This document shows positions 28,223-36,994 of a stretch of DNA of 64,000 bases, piece after piece. The stretch lies in NCBI GenBank assembly GCA_937770485.1, contig CALJHX010000003.1, forward strand, positions 60,415-124,414, written 5' to 3'. Position 1 is the first letter of the stretch. Every line of letters starts with the position of its first letter. The position numbers were made by a program, and so were the translations under genes. The stretch is from an uncultured Verrucomicrobiae bacterium. Its GTDB lineage: Bacteria; Verrucomicrobiota; Verrucomicrobiia; Limisphaerales; UBA1096. The notes beneath the pieces were generated by a model, which was given only the letters and a program-made list of their open reading frames with translations, was not told where the DNA came from and ran no database searches.

Positions 28223-28395
28223 TCAATTGTCACAAGGAAGTCGTTGAACTGTTGATTGCCAATGGTGCGGATGTGAGTCCGAAGGATATGAAAGATCAAA
28301 CACCACTAGATATGACCAAGCATCCCGAAACCGCTGGCCTCTTCCGTAAGCACGGCGGCAAGACTGAGAAGGAGCGGGAAGCTGAAGAAAGATGA
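28216..28395 (+). pseudogene. 3' fragment of an ankyrin cassette with no start
   Basis: The open frame reads [59 protein letters not shown]. It overlaps the stop of the previous gene, and its TGA overlaps the next ATG (ATGA at 28392-28395). Confidence 0.75.
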
Positions 28396-28886
28396 AATAT
28401 CTCCTAACTGTAACAATCACAGCTGTACTGTTGGCGGGGTGTGAGCCATTGCAGTCAAATGCAAAGTCATTACATCTTGCTGCCGAAGAAGGGGATATCG
28501 AAGCAGTAAAGGAGCATTTAGCCGCTGGAACGGATAAGAATGTGAGGGCGGGTAAGTGGGGAGACACTCCATTGCACCGTGCAGCTTTTTGGGGTTACAC
28601 AGAGATCGTCGAATTATTGATAAATAATGAAGTAGATGTGAACGCCAAGGATGACTATGGATGCACACCTTTACATGATGCGGCGGAATACTCTCACTTG
28701 GAAATCACTGAAATGCTGATTGGTAGGGGTCCGGACATGAATGCACTGGATAACAACGGTGATACACCCCTGGACTTGGCCAGCGGTAAAATAGCCGACC
28801 TCCTACGCAAACACGGAAGTAAGACAGGTGAAGAATTGAAAGCTGAAGGGAAATTAAAACGAAACAAAGCCGAGGATTTACGCTAA
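28392..28886 (+). CDS. Ankyrin-repeat lipoprotein (cassette family), extended by stop-codon loss
   Basis: [17 protein letters not shown] lipobox, about 3 ANK repeats (TPLH.AA..G..E.V.LL...G.DVNA), then [20 protein letters not shown] followed by 10 extra codons. Confidence 0.85.
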   Translation: MKYLLTVTITAVLLAGCEPLQSNAKSLHLAAEEGDIEAVKEHLAAGTDKNVRAGKWGDTPLHRAAFWGYTEIVELLINNEVDVNAKDDYGCTPLHDAAEYSHLEITEMLIGRGPDMNALDNNGDTPLDLASGKIADLLRKHGSKTGEELKAEGKLKRNKAEDLR

Positions 28887-29596
28887 TTGAACTGCTGGTA
28901 GTCATCGCCATTATCGCAATCCTTGCGGGCTTGCTGTTGCCCGCATTGGCTAAGGCAAAATTTAAGGCCAAGGTGACCAACTGCACTTCAAACTACCGGC
29001 AGTGGGGAATATCTGCCAACATGTACGCCATGGATTTCGAAGACAAACTGCCTTCGTTCAAAATGCCGCGCACCGGCCTTAACCCATGGGATGTTTCCAT
29101 CGATATGGCCCCCGGCATTGAGCCGTATGGATTAACTGTGCCGATGTGGTTCTGCCCGACCCGCCCCAACGAATTCACTGATGCAGACCAGTGGGCGCGA
29201 AAAAACCTCAAGCGAGCCATCAGTTCCATCGAGGACCTAAACCGCTACTATCGGCGTAGCTATGGCAGTTTTGCCATCATCAAGCACAACTGGTGGGTGC
29301 CTCGGAACGCCGGAGGTTTCATGTTTCCTACACCAAAAATGAACGGCGACGCAAAAGACCCCAACGGATGGCCGGTCTCCCTGTCGGATTCCCGTGCAGC
29401 AGACCGTCCAATCATTTCCGATTTAACTGCTATGAAGGTGGGGGGCAAGCCAACCCCGGCCAAGGCAGGTGGCGGCCATCAATATCAAGGAAGCCTTCAC
29501 TCTGTGAACGTGGCTTTTGGCGACGGCCATAACGAGACGCGGCCCATTGCCAAAATTAAACTAAGGCACACCGGCAACTGGCATGCGTTTTATTGA
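28853..29596 (+). CDS. Prepilin-type N-terminal cleavage/methylation domain protein (pseudopilin-like, DUF1559-like), with ATG replaced by ATT
   Basis: (I)[35 protein letters not shown].. compares with paralog [23 protein letters not shown] at 51939. It has the C-terminal ..NVAFGDGH.. box. The longest ATG/TTG ORF begins only at 28931, inside the pilin helix. Confidence 0.6.
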   Translation: MKTKQSRGFTLIELLVVIAIIAILAGLLLPALAKAKFKAKVTNCTSNYRQWGISANMYAMDFEDKLPSFKMPRTGLNPWDVSIDMAPGIEPYGLTVPMWFCPTRPNEFTDADQWARKNLKRAISSIEDLNRYYRRSYGSFAIIKHNWWVPRNAGGFMFPTPKMNGDAKDPNGWPVSLSDSRAADRPIISDLTAMKVGGKPTPAKAGGGHQYQGSLHSVNVAFGDGHNETRPIAKIKLRHTGNWHAFY

Positions 29597-29605
29597 CGGC
29601 ATTAC

Positions 29606-29653
29606 AAACACGGCGGCAAGAGCAAGTATAACCTGGAAGCCGCTGGGAACTAA
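29606..29653 (+). repeat. Cassette 3' relic (KHGGKSKYNLEAAGN*), 10 nt after the pseudopilin stop
   Basis: AAACACGGCGGCAAGAGC..GAAGCCGCTGGGAACTAAACCAC. Confidence 0.6.
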
Positions 29654-29815
29654 ACCACTTTCATGGCGGCACTCGGACTGCAAGGGTTCGCCGTTCACAG
29701 GCATATGAAAGTATCATTGGCAACAATCAGGAAGTTAGTCAGCGACAGGACTGACTTCCTAGAGAAAATCAAAGGCGTTGCTGTGCTGGCCAGCTTCTTG
29801 ATTTGTTGAAAACTG

Positions 29816-30295
29816 TTGCACGAGGATATACTCGCACTGTTTTTTCTGGTATGGGTTTTTATGTTCCTTGCCGTTATGATTAGCGATTTCATCAAATTGA
29901 TTTCCACCTTTGATTCCGACAGTCTTAGGGATCTTCCTGAAATTTACAGTCCAACGATTGAATTCGAAGACCCAATCAACACAGTCCAAGGGTTAGACAA
30001 CTTGTATTTGATGTTTGAAGATCTTCTTAAGGTGTTTTCTGAAATTGAGATTCAAGTCAAAGAAACCTCATCAACGGATCATACGGCCTTCGTTCGTTGG
30101 CTTATGACATATCGGTTTAGAAAAAAGAAATACTCTATCGATGGGGTAACTCATCTGAAATTCGATTCCTCGGGATTAATTTGTAAGCACAAAGATTATT
30201 GGGATGCATCTTTTCCTCTATACGGGACGTTTCCGTTGCTTGGTTCTTTAATGCGAGGCATAAAAAAAATAGCTGCTGTGAAAATCCCCCGATAG
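29816..30295 (+). CDS. NTF2/SnoaL-like fold protein
   Basis: ..IYSPTIEFEDPINTVQGLDNL..FVRWLMTYRF..GVTHLKFDSSGLICKHKDYWD resembles the NTF2-family pattern (..F.DP..G..W......G.s.l.fd..G.I..H.DYwD). The real start may be the internal M (MISDF..). AT-rich. Confidence 0.45.
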   Translation: MHEDILALFFLVWVFMFLAVMISDFIKLISTFDSDSLRDLPEIYSPTIEFEDPINTVQGLDNLYLMFEDLLKVFSEIEIQVKETSSTDHTAFVRWLMTYRFRKKKYSIDGVTHLKFDSSGLICKHKDYWDASFPLYGTFPLLGSLMRGIKKIAAVKIPR

Positions 30296-30324
30296 TTTGT
30301 ACGTTATTTATAAAATCAAGTAGA

Positions 30325-30387
30325 CAAATTGACGGACTCCTCCGCAAACACGGCGCCAAGACGAGTGAAGAATTGAAAGCTGAATAA
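30325..30387 (+). repeat. Cassette 3' relic (QIDGLLRKHGAKTSEELKAE*)
   Basis: CTCCTCCGCAAACACGGCGCCAAGACGAGTGAAGAATTGAAAGCTGAATAA, 30 nt after the previous stop. Confidence 0.65.
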
Positions 30388-30537
30388 AGGGTAGAGCCTT
30401 AAAGATAAATATTTGAGATACATGGGGACATGGTACTTTTAATAGATAAAACTTGTATTTTATTTTACAGAAAAAGTGTTTACACAACCCTTCGCTCAAG
30501 TGATTGTTCTTTACTATTAATTAACTCCAACAGGAAT

Positions 30538-33500
30538 ATGAAAAGAAAAACCATTCAATCATTTTTCAAATATTTGTACATGAGCGCACTTGTCGCGCTG
30601 GTGGCTGTCGTGACGCCGGTGACAGCCCAGACGTTGCTTGAGGAGGACTTTTCCTCCGGTTTTGAGGAGTGGACCGTGGTGCATCCCCCGGGTGCCTTCA
30701 ACGGTTCCACCCGGTGGCAGGTTGGTGCTTCGGGAGAGACGCTTTTTGAAAACAGCAATGTCCGGGCGCCCGGCTCGGCAGGAATGTTGATCAATGAAGC
30801 CAAGACCGGTGAAAACTACACCTACAAGGCGCTCCTGATGAGCGGGGATGACGACGGCATCGGGCTGGTGTTTGGCTACAAGGATGCATCCAACTTTTAC
30901 CGGATCATGTTTGCCTCCCAAGAGGAGCGTAACACGTTTCCCGGTGAGGGTTGGCTGCTGGAGCGGGTTGTGGATGGTAGTGCCATTCATCTGGGTGGGG
31001 ACGATTACAGTGAAGATTGGGAACCTGATTTCATCTATATACAAGGGTATCCGTTTGAAGTGACGATCAAAACCAAAGGAAAGAAATTGACCATTACCGT
31101 GGTAGATGATCCCGAGGAAGACGGGACCGAGTACGAACTGGTCAGCAACCTTACAATCCCCGCGGACGCGGACGGCAACGTGGGGCTTGCGAGTTGGGAA
31201 CAGGCAGGCGGAATTCCCTCCGGGTCTCACTTTAGTGATATTTCGGTGGACGGGAAGGAAGTCGCGATACCCAATCCGCTTGAGGGATGGGAGGAAGTGA
31301 TCCCCCTAAACTATGAGGAAAATGATTTCCTGGAGGGTGGGAACGAAGGCATACCCCTGTGGAGTGTTGGAATCACTACCGATTCTGTAGCTGGGGGGAT
31401 CCTGACCGAGTCGAGCAACAGTGGGTTGGCCGGCATCGAGATTGAGGGAGTGGATGAAGAATTCTACAGCAATCTCGACTGGGTGAGCGGTATGCTTGTC
31501 AAGGGTGATGCGAAGTGGAAGGACTACCGCATTTCCACAAAGCTGCATCCCTATCCCCACTGCGCCTTCACAGGATGCTGGGTCAATGGGCATGGGGTAG
31601 TTTTCCGGTACAAGGATCCGGAGAATTTTTATCGGCTCTCCTTTTCGAGTCGGAATCCTGGCGACGGCTTGCCGCGCCAGGGTGTTTCGATCCAAAAGGT
31701 GGTTAACGGGGAATGGAGCGAGGTGTTTTGGGAGAAGGGGGCGGCGTTTTCCTCCAAGAAATTTGTCCCTAGCGGCAAGGCGGACCAAAGCGAATTTAAC
31801 CTGAACATGTCGATTGTTGGCAATCAGCTGGAGTTTAGCATCGTGAACGACCCGGACGGGATGGCTAAGGTGTTTAACTATGGCCCGATCGAAATCACCG
31901 GGGTTGATTCAGGCAAGGTAGGTTTTTTCAGCTGGTACCAGCACAAGCTGGACATCCATCATATCAAGGTGGAGGAGATTGCCGGAATGCCCTTTGAGGT
32001 GTTCAGCAATTTTGGAAAACCGAGTCCACCGGCCGGTTTGACCAACTTCGAGCCGGGGACAAAGGTGCTTGCGACAGTTCCCAGTCCTATTGTGGATCCT
32101 CCGGGATTTCGCCGTAAGGTGACCGGTTGGAGCGGGACTGGCTCTGCTCCCAAGGGGGGCATCTGGTTTTTGCCGGGAAACCCGAGGCTGTCATTCGTCA
32201 TCAACCAGGCCTCCTCGTTGACTTGGAATTGGAAGACTGAGGTCAAGGTCAACATTACTGCGGATGGAGGAGGGAAGGTAACCGGTGGAAGTTCCAAGTG
32301 GTACAAGGAGGGATCCAAGTTGATCGTCACTGCGGTACCCAGTACTGGCAATATGTTTGATGGCTGGTACGGAGCTGTCGCAAGTAAAGAGCGCAAGCTG
32401 ACTGTGTATACCGACCGTCCGCTGGATTTGATTGCTGCTTTCCGTCCGGACTCGGATCGGGACAAGATGGACGATGATTGGGAGAAGAAATATATTGGCA
32501 ACCTTAACGAACAAGGGAGTGGCGACTTTGACGGGGACGGGGTGAGCAACATGGACGAGTACCGTCGTCGCACCAACCCGGCGGCGGAGGAGGAGCTGGT
32601 GTACGAGGTGCCCTCCAACTGGAAGAATCCAAATGTATCCAATCCCTATACGGTCGGGCGTATGGTCGTGGCGGACTTCGGCAAGGGCTACAGTGGTATC
32701 TGGGAGAACAGCGGAACTGGAATCGCTGCTAGCAGCGACGAATTTGAATTTATTGATTGGCGCGGGCCAAAGGTCGTTCTGAAGGACTCGGTCTGGGAGG
32801 AGGACTGGAAGGATGGCGTTTACGAAGCGACCTTTGTGGTCGGAGATTCCGACACGAGCTGTATTTATTTTCGCTATCAGGATGAGGACAACTGGTACCG
32901 GGCCTCGATTTCAGGGAGAGAAGGAGACGGAATTCAAAAGACTGACAAATGGGGCTCCTATACTGTCAATGGTGTGACTGCGGCGCAGATTGGCTTAACC
33001 ATCCAGAAGAAGGTAAATGGGGTGTATCAGTTAATTGAGGAATACGACGATTATATGATTCCTGATCCGGAGGATGACACGCTGAAGATCATCAAGTTGA
33101 AGGTCTCCGCGAATGGGAATTCCTTCAAGGTGCAGGCTATTCCCTACGACCCGATTAATCTGAAAGACTTTGATGATGATGAAGCCTCCGAGGAAGTGTC
33201 GTTCAATGATGAAGCTCTGGCAACCGGCTGTGTGGGAGTTGGCTTTGCTTATCAGGGTAATGGTTTTAACTGGTGTCGATCATGTCCTGGGGGACCGGCG
33301 GACACGGCGACAGAAAATATCCCAGTTGGTTCTGGTGTTTTGTTAAATGATTTATCCATCCAAGTGAACGAAAAAATCGTCTTTCGTGACTCATGGACCT
33401 TCCACGACACTCCAACAGGTCTGCCCGTTGGTTGGTTCAATCCTTTTGCGAGCCAAGAAGGCTCCATGGCAGGAGAATGGGTGCCTAGCGCTCACGGTGG

Positions 33501-34311
33501 ATTTATCCAGATGTCCCCATTTTTCCTGCCAAGCCTCACGAAAAAAGACATCGCTAAGGCAGACGGCGAGGGTCCTGTACTACTAGCTCCGCTGGTAAAA
33601 GAGCAGGATTTTGTCCTTGAGCTAGGCTTGCTGTCACACAACGCCAATAATTTGCTAACAACAGTCGACGGTCTCGGTTTTGTCTATGATTACATCGATG
33701 AAAACAATTTTGCCCGTGTGCTTTTCGTGAATCCAAAGGCGCTCAACCTCGAAGGCGGGTCAACAATACCTCGGGGCATTAACATAAGTCGCAAGATCCA
33801 GGGACAGTGGCGTGATATCATTGTTGGTGATCTATCCTTCACCTATCAGCGAGGAAGACCTTTCGATGTTGCATTTACGGCTGAAAAAGGGAATTATCAT
33901 TTAGTGATAAAAGAACACGACCCAATGTTCGTTTGGAATAGTTGGGAAAGGGTTTACGTTCCGGCTACACCGAACGAGATCAAAAAAGGTCCAAAGTCCG
34001 CAGAATTGCACTGGAGTGACAAAGAAATCACCAGTGGAACTCGATATGGGCTAACTACCTGGGGTTCAAGATATGCCCATTTTCTTCATGCTAGAGCTTA
34101 CTCACTTGATGGCAAGAATTCACAGCCGTCCAAACCACCCGTTCTTGCCGTTTCACGCAACGGTAACAAAGTGAGCATTACATGGGAGGGCGAAGGCACT
34201 TTGGAAAGTGCGGAGCAGATCGGAGGTCCGTGGTCTGAGGTTCGTGGCGTTTCCAGTCCAACCACTGTTCAACCTGTTGCCAAGCAAGGTTACTACCGTT
34301 TGAAGAGATGA
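30538..34311 (+). CDS. Large secreted protein with four ConA/LamG-like beta-sandwich modules, an InlB-B-type repeat, a TSP3-like Ca-binding linker and a shared C-terminal module
   Basis: I prefer the start MKRKTIQSFF.. with a signal peptide. The signature recurs four times: GIGLVFGYKDASNFYRIMF, HGVVFRYKDPENFYRLSF, SCIYFRYQDEDNWYRASI, LGFVYDYIDENNFARVLF. Also present: GGGKVTGG..GSKLIVTAVPSTGNMFDGWYG and DSDRDKMDDDWE..GDFDGDGVSNMDEY. Confidence 0.7.
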   Translation: MKRKTIQSFFKYLYMSALVALVAVVTPVTAQTLLEEDFSSGFEEWTVVHPPGAFNGSTRWQVGASGETLFENSNVRAPGSAGMLINEAKTGENYTYKALLMSGDDDGIGLVFGYKDASNFYRIMFASQEERNTFPGEGWLLERVVDGSAIHLGGDDYSEDWEPDFIYIQGYPFEVTIKTKGKKLTITVVDDPEEDGTEYELVSNLTIPADADGNVGLASWEQAGGIPSGSHFSDISVDGKEVAIPNPLEGWEEVIPLNYEENDFLEGGNEGIPLWSVGITTDSVAGGILTESSNSGLAGIEIEGVDEEFYSNLDWVSGMLVKGDAKWKDYRISTKLHPYPHCAFTGCWVNGHGVVFRYKDPENFYRLSFSSRNPGDGLPRQGVSIQKVVNGEWSEVFWEKGAAFSSKKFVPSGKADQSEFNLNMSIVGNQLEFSIVNDPDGMAKVFNYGPIEITGVDSGKVGFFSWYQHKLDIHHIKVEEIAGMPFEVFSNFGKPSPPAGLTNFEPGTKVLATVPSPIVDPPGFRRKVTGWSGTGSAPKGGIWFLPGNPRLSFVINQASSLTWNWKTEVKVNITADGGGKVTGGSSKWYKEGSKLIVTAVPSTGNMFDGWYGAVASKERKLTVYTDRPLDLIAAFRPDSDRDKMDDDWEKKYIGNLNEQGSGDFDGDGVSNMDEYRRRTNPAAEEELVYEVPSNWKNPNVSNPYTVGRMVVADFGKGYSGIWENSGTGIAASSDEFEFIDWRGPKVVLKDSVWEEDWKDGVYEATFVVGDSDTSCIYFRYQDEDNWYRASISGREGDGIQKTDKWGSYTVNGVTAAQIGLTIQKKVNGVYQLIEEYDDYMIPDPEDDTLKIIKLKVSANGNSFKVQAIPYDPINLKDFDDDEASEEVSFNDEALATGCVGVGFAYQGNGFNWCRSCPGGPADTATENIPVGSGVLLNDLSIQVNEKIVFRDSWTFHDTPTGLPVGWFNPFASQEGSMAGEWVPSAHGGFIQMSPFFLPSLTKKDIAKADGEGPVLLAPLVKEQDFVLELGLLSHNANNLLTTVDGLGFVYDYIDENNFARVLFVNPKALNLEGGSTIPRGINISRKIQGQWRDIIVGDLSFTYQRGRPFDVAFTAEKGNYHLVIKEHDPMFVWNSWERVYVPATPNEIKKGPKSAELHWSDKEITSGTRYGLTTWGSRYAHFLHARAYSLDGKNSQPSKPPVLAVSRNGNKVSITWEGEGTLESAEQIGGPWSEVRGVSSPTTVQPVAKQGYYRLKR

Positions 34312-34477
34312 TCGAAATGGGCCACTGTTAGTCAAGCATGGGAATTGGGATGGGCCTCTTTGCACAGGCGGTTTATTCAGTTTACAACACCATAAGTGGA
34401 GACGAAATAAATCCGCCGAGCTTTTCCGCAAACAAGGTGGTAAGACGGGTGAAGAATTGAAAGCTGAAGGCAAATGA
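34304..34477 (+). pseudogene. Start-less ankyrin cassette relic overlapping the stop of the large gene and the start of the next ankyrin gene
   Basis: The frame reads ..[41 protein letters not shown]. Its TGA overlaps the ATG at 34474. Confidence 0.65.
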
Positions 34478-35421
34478 ATCACCTCCTACTCACAACAATC
34501 GCAGCCGTGGTGCTGGTGGGGTGTGGGTCGAGTGTGGATATTTGGATAGGTGCGCAAACTGGAAATATCGAAGCAGTCAAACAGCACTTGGCTGATGGGG
34601 TTGATGTAAATTCTAAGAGTGATATTGGTAGGACGCCACTTGATGTAGCAATAGCTTTTAAACAGCCCCTAATCACTGACCTACTCCGTAAACACGGCGG
34701 CAAAACGAGAGATCAACTAAAAGCAGCTGAATCGATTGTAGTGGCTGTTGAATTAGGAAACATTGAAGCTGTTAAACAGCATTTGAATGGTGGAACCGAG
34801 GTGAATGCGAAGGGTGGGACTGGAAGGACTCCTTTGCATTTGGCGGCTATTGAAGGCCACAAGGGAATCGCCGAACTGCTTATCGCCGAAGGTGCGGATG
34901 TGAATGCGAAGACTAAAGATGGCAAATCACCGCTAGATGAGGCCGTCAACCCCTTCTACAACAAAACCGAAATTGCTAATCTCATCCGCAAACACGGTGG
35001 CAAACATGGAACGATTCATAGTGCGGTTGGCGGTGGAGATGTCGAAGCCGCAAAGGAGTTCTTGGCTGCTGGTGCTGATGTGAATGTGAAGGATAAGCGT
35101 GGGTTCACTTCTTTGCATTGGGCGTCTATTTCCGGTCACAAGGAGGCTGTCGAACTGCTAATCGCCAAGGGTGCGGATGTGAATGCGATGAGGGGTGGTG
35201 GAGGGACTCCTTTGTCTTATGCGTCTTCTTGGGGTCACGAGGAAATCGTCGAACTACTTATCGCCAAGGGTGCGGATGTGAATGTGAAGGATGCTTTTAG
35301 CGAAACCCCACTGGATGTTTCTACTCATCCAGATAACCCAAATGCCTCCGCAGAAACCGCCACCCTTCTCCGCAAACACGGGGGCAAGACCAAGAAGGAA
35401 CTGGAAGCCGCAGGCAAATGA
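34474..35421 (+). CDS. Ankyrin-repeat lipoprotein composed of three fused cassette bodies
   Basis: MNHLLLTTIAAVVLVGC lipobox. Internal tail motifs: TDLLRKHGGKTRDQLKAAES and ANLIRKHGGKHGT. Terminal motif: ATLLRKHGGKTKKELEAAGK*. Confidence 0.9.
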   Translation: MNHLLLTTIAAVVLVGCGSSVDIWIGAQTGNIEAVKQHLADGVDVNSKSDIGRTPLDVAIAFKQPLITDLLRKHGGKTRDQLKAAESIVVAVELGNIEAVKQHLNGGTEVNAKGGTGRTPLHLAAIEGHKGIAELLIAEGADVNAKTKDGKSPLDEAVNPFYNKTEIANLIRKHGGKHGTIHSAVGGGDVEAAKEFLAAGADVNVKDKRGFTSLHWASISGHKEAVELLIAKGADVNAMRGGGGTPLSYASSWGHEEIVELLIAKGADVNVKDAFSETPLDVSTHPDNPNASAETATLLRKHGGKTKKELEAAGK

Positions 35422-36077
35422 AACACCTCCTGCTCACAACAATCGCAGCCGTGGTGCTGGTGGGGTGTGGTGAGTCGTCAATTCACAAAGCTGCCGAAGA
35501 AGGAAAGATTGAAGCCGTTAAACTGTATTTGACTGCTGGTTCAGATATTGAATTGAAATGTACTACATGTGGAGGCACAGCGTTAAGTCATGCAGCGCAT
35601 AGAGGTCATAAGGAAATAGTCGAATTACATATATCACAGGGAGCAATAATTAAAGCAAAGGGCAAGCATGGAGAGACTCCTATACATCAGGCAGCTTTAG
35701 CTGGTCACAGAGAAATTGTTGAACTCCAAATCGACAAAGGTGCCTACGTTAATTGGAAGGATAAAGTTGAGGCGACCCCGTTACATCGAGCGGCTCAAAG
35801 AGGTCATAAGGAGGTTGTCGTACTACTTATAAAAAAAGGCGCAGAAGTAAACACGAATGATATTCTTGAACAGACCCCTTTGCACTTTGCATCAAAACTC
35901 GGCACGAAAGAAGTTACTGAACTGCTTATGCAAAAAGGCGCGGATGTAAATGCGACAAAAGATGACGATAGCACGCCACTAGATATGGCCATCAAACACA
36001 AACGCACCGAAATCGCCAACTTCCTCCGCAAACACGGCGGCAAGACGGGTGCAGAATTGAAAGCCGCTGGCAACTAA
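35418..36077 (+). CDS. Ankyrin-repeat lipoprotein (cassette family)
   Basis: MKHLLLTTIAAVVLVGC lipobox, about 5 ANK repeats, ANFLRKHGGKTGAELKAAGN*. The start overlaps the upstream stop (ATGA). Confidence 0.9.
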   Translation: MKHLLLTTIAAVVLVGCGESSIHKAAEEGKIEAVKLYLTAGSDIELKCTTCGGTALSHAAHRGHKEIVELHISQGAIIKAKGKHGETPIHQAALAGHREIVELQIDKGAYVNWKDKVEATPLHRAAQRGHKEVVVLLIKKGAEVNTNDILEQTPLHFASKLGTKEVTELLMQKGADVNATKDDDSTPLDMAIKHKRTEIANFLRKHGGKTGAELKAAGN

Positions 36078-36131
36078 ACCAACCCCCTCCACCACTTGAA
36101 CGCAGCAGGGCTGTTGTTCCAGACCGTGCAC
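36078..36131 (+). repeat. Conserved cassette tail (ACCAACCCCCTCCACCACTTGAACGC..GTTCCAGACCGTGCACA)
   Basis: Matches 61-118 on the plus strand and 6121-6150 on the minus strand. Confidence 0.6.
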
Positions 36132-36166
36132 AGCCCCGTCAGGCTGATAGCTTTTTGCGGCAACAG

Positions 36167-36838
36167 TTAATCAGCCGAATTAACGTCTGCAGCCAAAATT
36201 GATTGCAATTCTTCACCAGGAGGGCCTTTGCGATATTTCCAACGATCAGCAACCTCAATTTGACCCCAATTTGCAGGAAATGAATCCACGCTAAAATTGA
36301 TCAGACTGTTCATAAGCCATTTCCCTTTCTCTTTGTTGAATACAAGATTGTATGCAAAGCACATTGTTTTTCTGGGCGTTTGATTCGGTGTTGTATGAAA
36401 AACATCAATCAAACTCAGTAGAACAGAATCTTTGGAAACTGGCTGGTAGGCCAGCTTGTATATTTTGAGGCTTTGAAATTCAAATGGACTGCTGATAGCT
36501 GGGTAAATTTTATTACGAACGGAGTTGTAGAAGGCAGTAGTTTCACTGATGTTCGAAAAGGAGACTGTTGGATTTCCGACGAAGCAAAACTGTTCACTAA
36601 ATAGACCGCTCATAACTTCTTTGGATAATTCGTTTTGATTCAGTTTTTCCCAGTATCTATAGAAGGTTTCTAGAGCTCCCTTGTAGCGGGGTTCGATGTC
36701 TACAGCGTGGGACGTATTAGCAAACCACGAAAAACCGAGAAATAAACAAGCGCGTAGAATTAAACCGTAATTAGACCAGAGCATAAAAAAAATACATGGG
36801 CATTTTGAGAACTTCAAGAGGTTTTTTGCGTTATTCAC
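36167..36838 (-). CDS. Hypothetical secreted protein
   Basis: 223-aa ORF. The likely start is the internal MLWSNYGLILRACLFLGFSWFANTSHA signal. AT-rich, with no family recognised. Confidence 0.4.
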   Translation of the reverse strand: MNNAKNLLKFSKCPCIFFMLWSNYGLILRACLFLGFSWFANTSHAVDIEPRYKGALETFYRYWEKLNQNELSKEVMSGLFSEQFCFVGNPTVSFSNISETTAFYNSVRNKIYPAISSPFEFQSLKIYKLAYQPVSKDSVLLSLIDVFHTTPNQTPRKTMCFAYNLVFNKEKGKWLMNSLINFSVDSFPANWGQIEVADRWKYRKGPPGEELQSILAADVNSAD

Positions 36839-36994
36839 CTCTTAGTCCGATTGCGTCTCAGGAGCAGTGACGTTGGGACGGAAGGCGGCCCCTGTGGAGA
36901 GTTGCGGCGGATCCGGGTCTAAAGCTGGTTGACTCACGGCACACTTGGCAGACCTCTTGACGGTGAACTGGCAGTGGCGTCTCATTGGGTTGTT

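Noticed and set aside
1921-36131. The ankyrin cassette array read as an integron-like gene-cassette system.
   Set aside because: No integron integrase (or any tyrosine or serine recombinase) is in the window. The conserved ends are coding sequence and show no attC-like imperfect inverted-repeat structure that I could find. Cassettes occur on both strands. The resemblance is organisational only.
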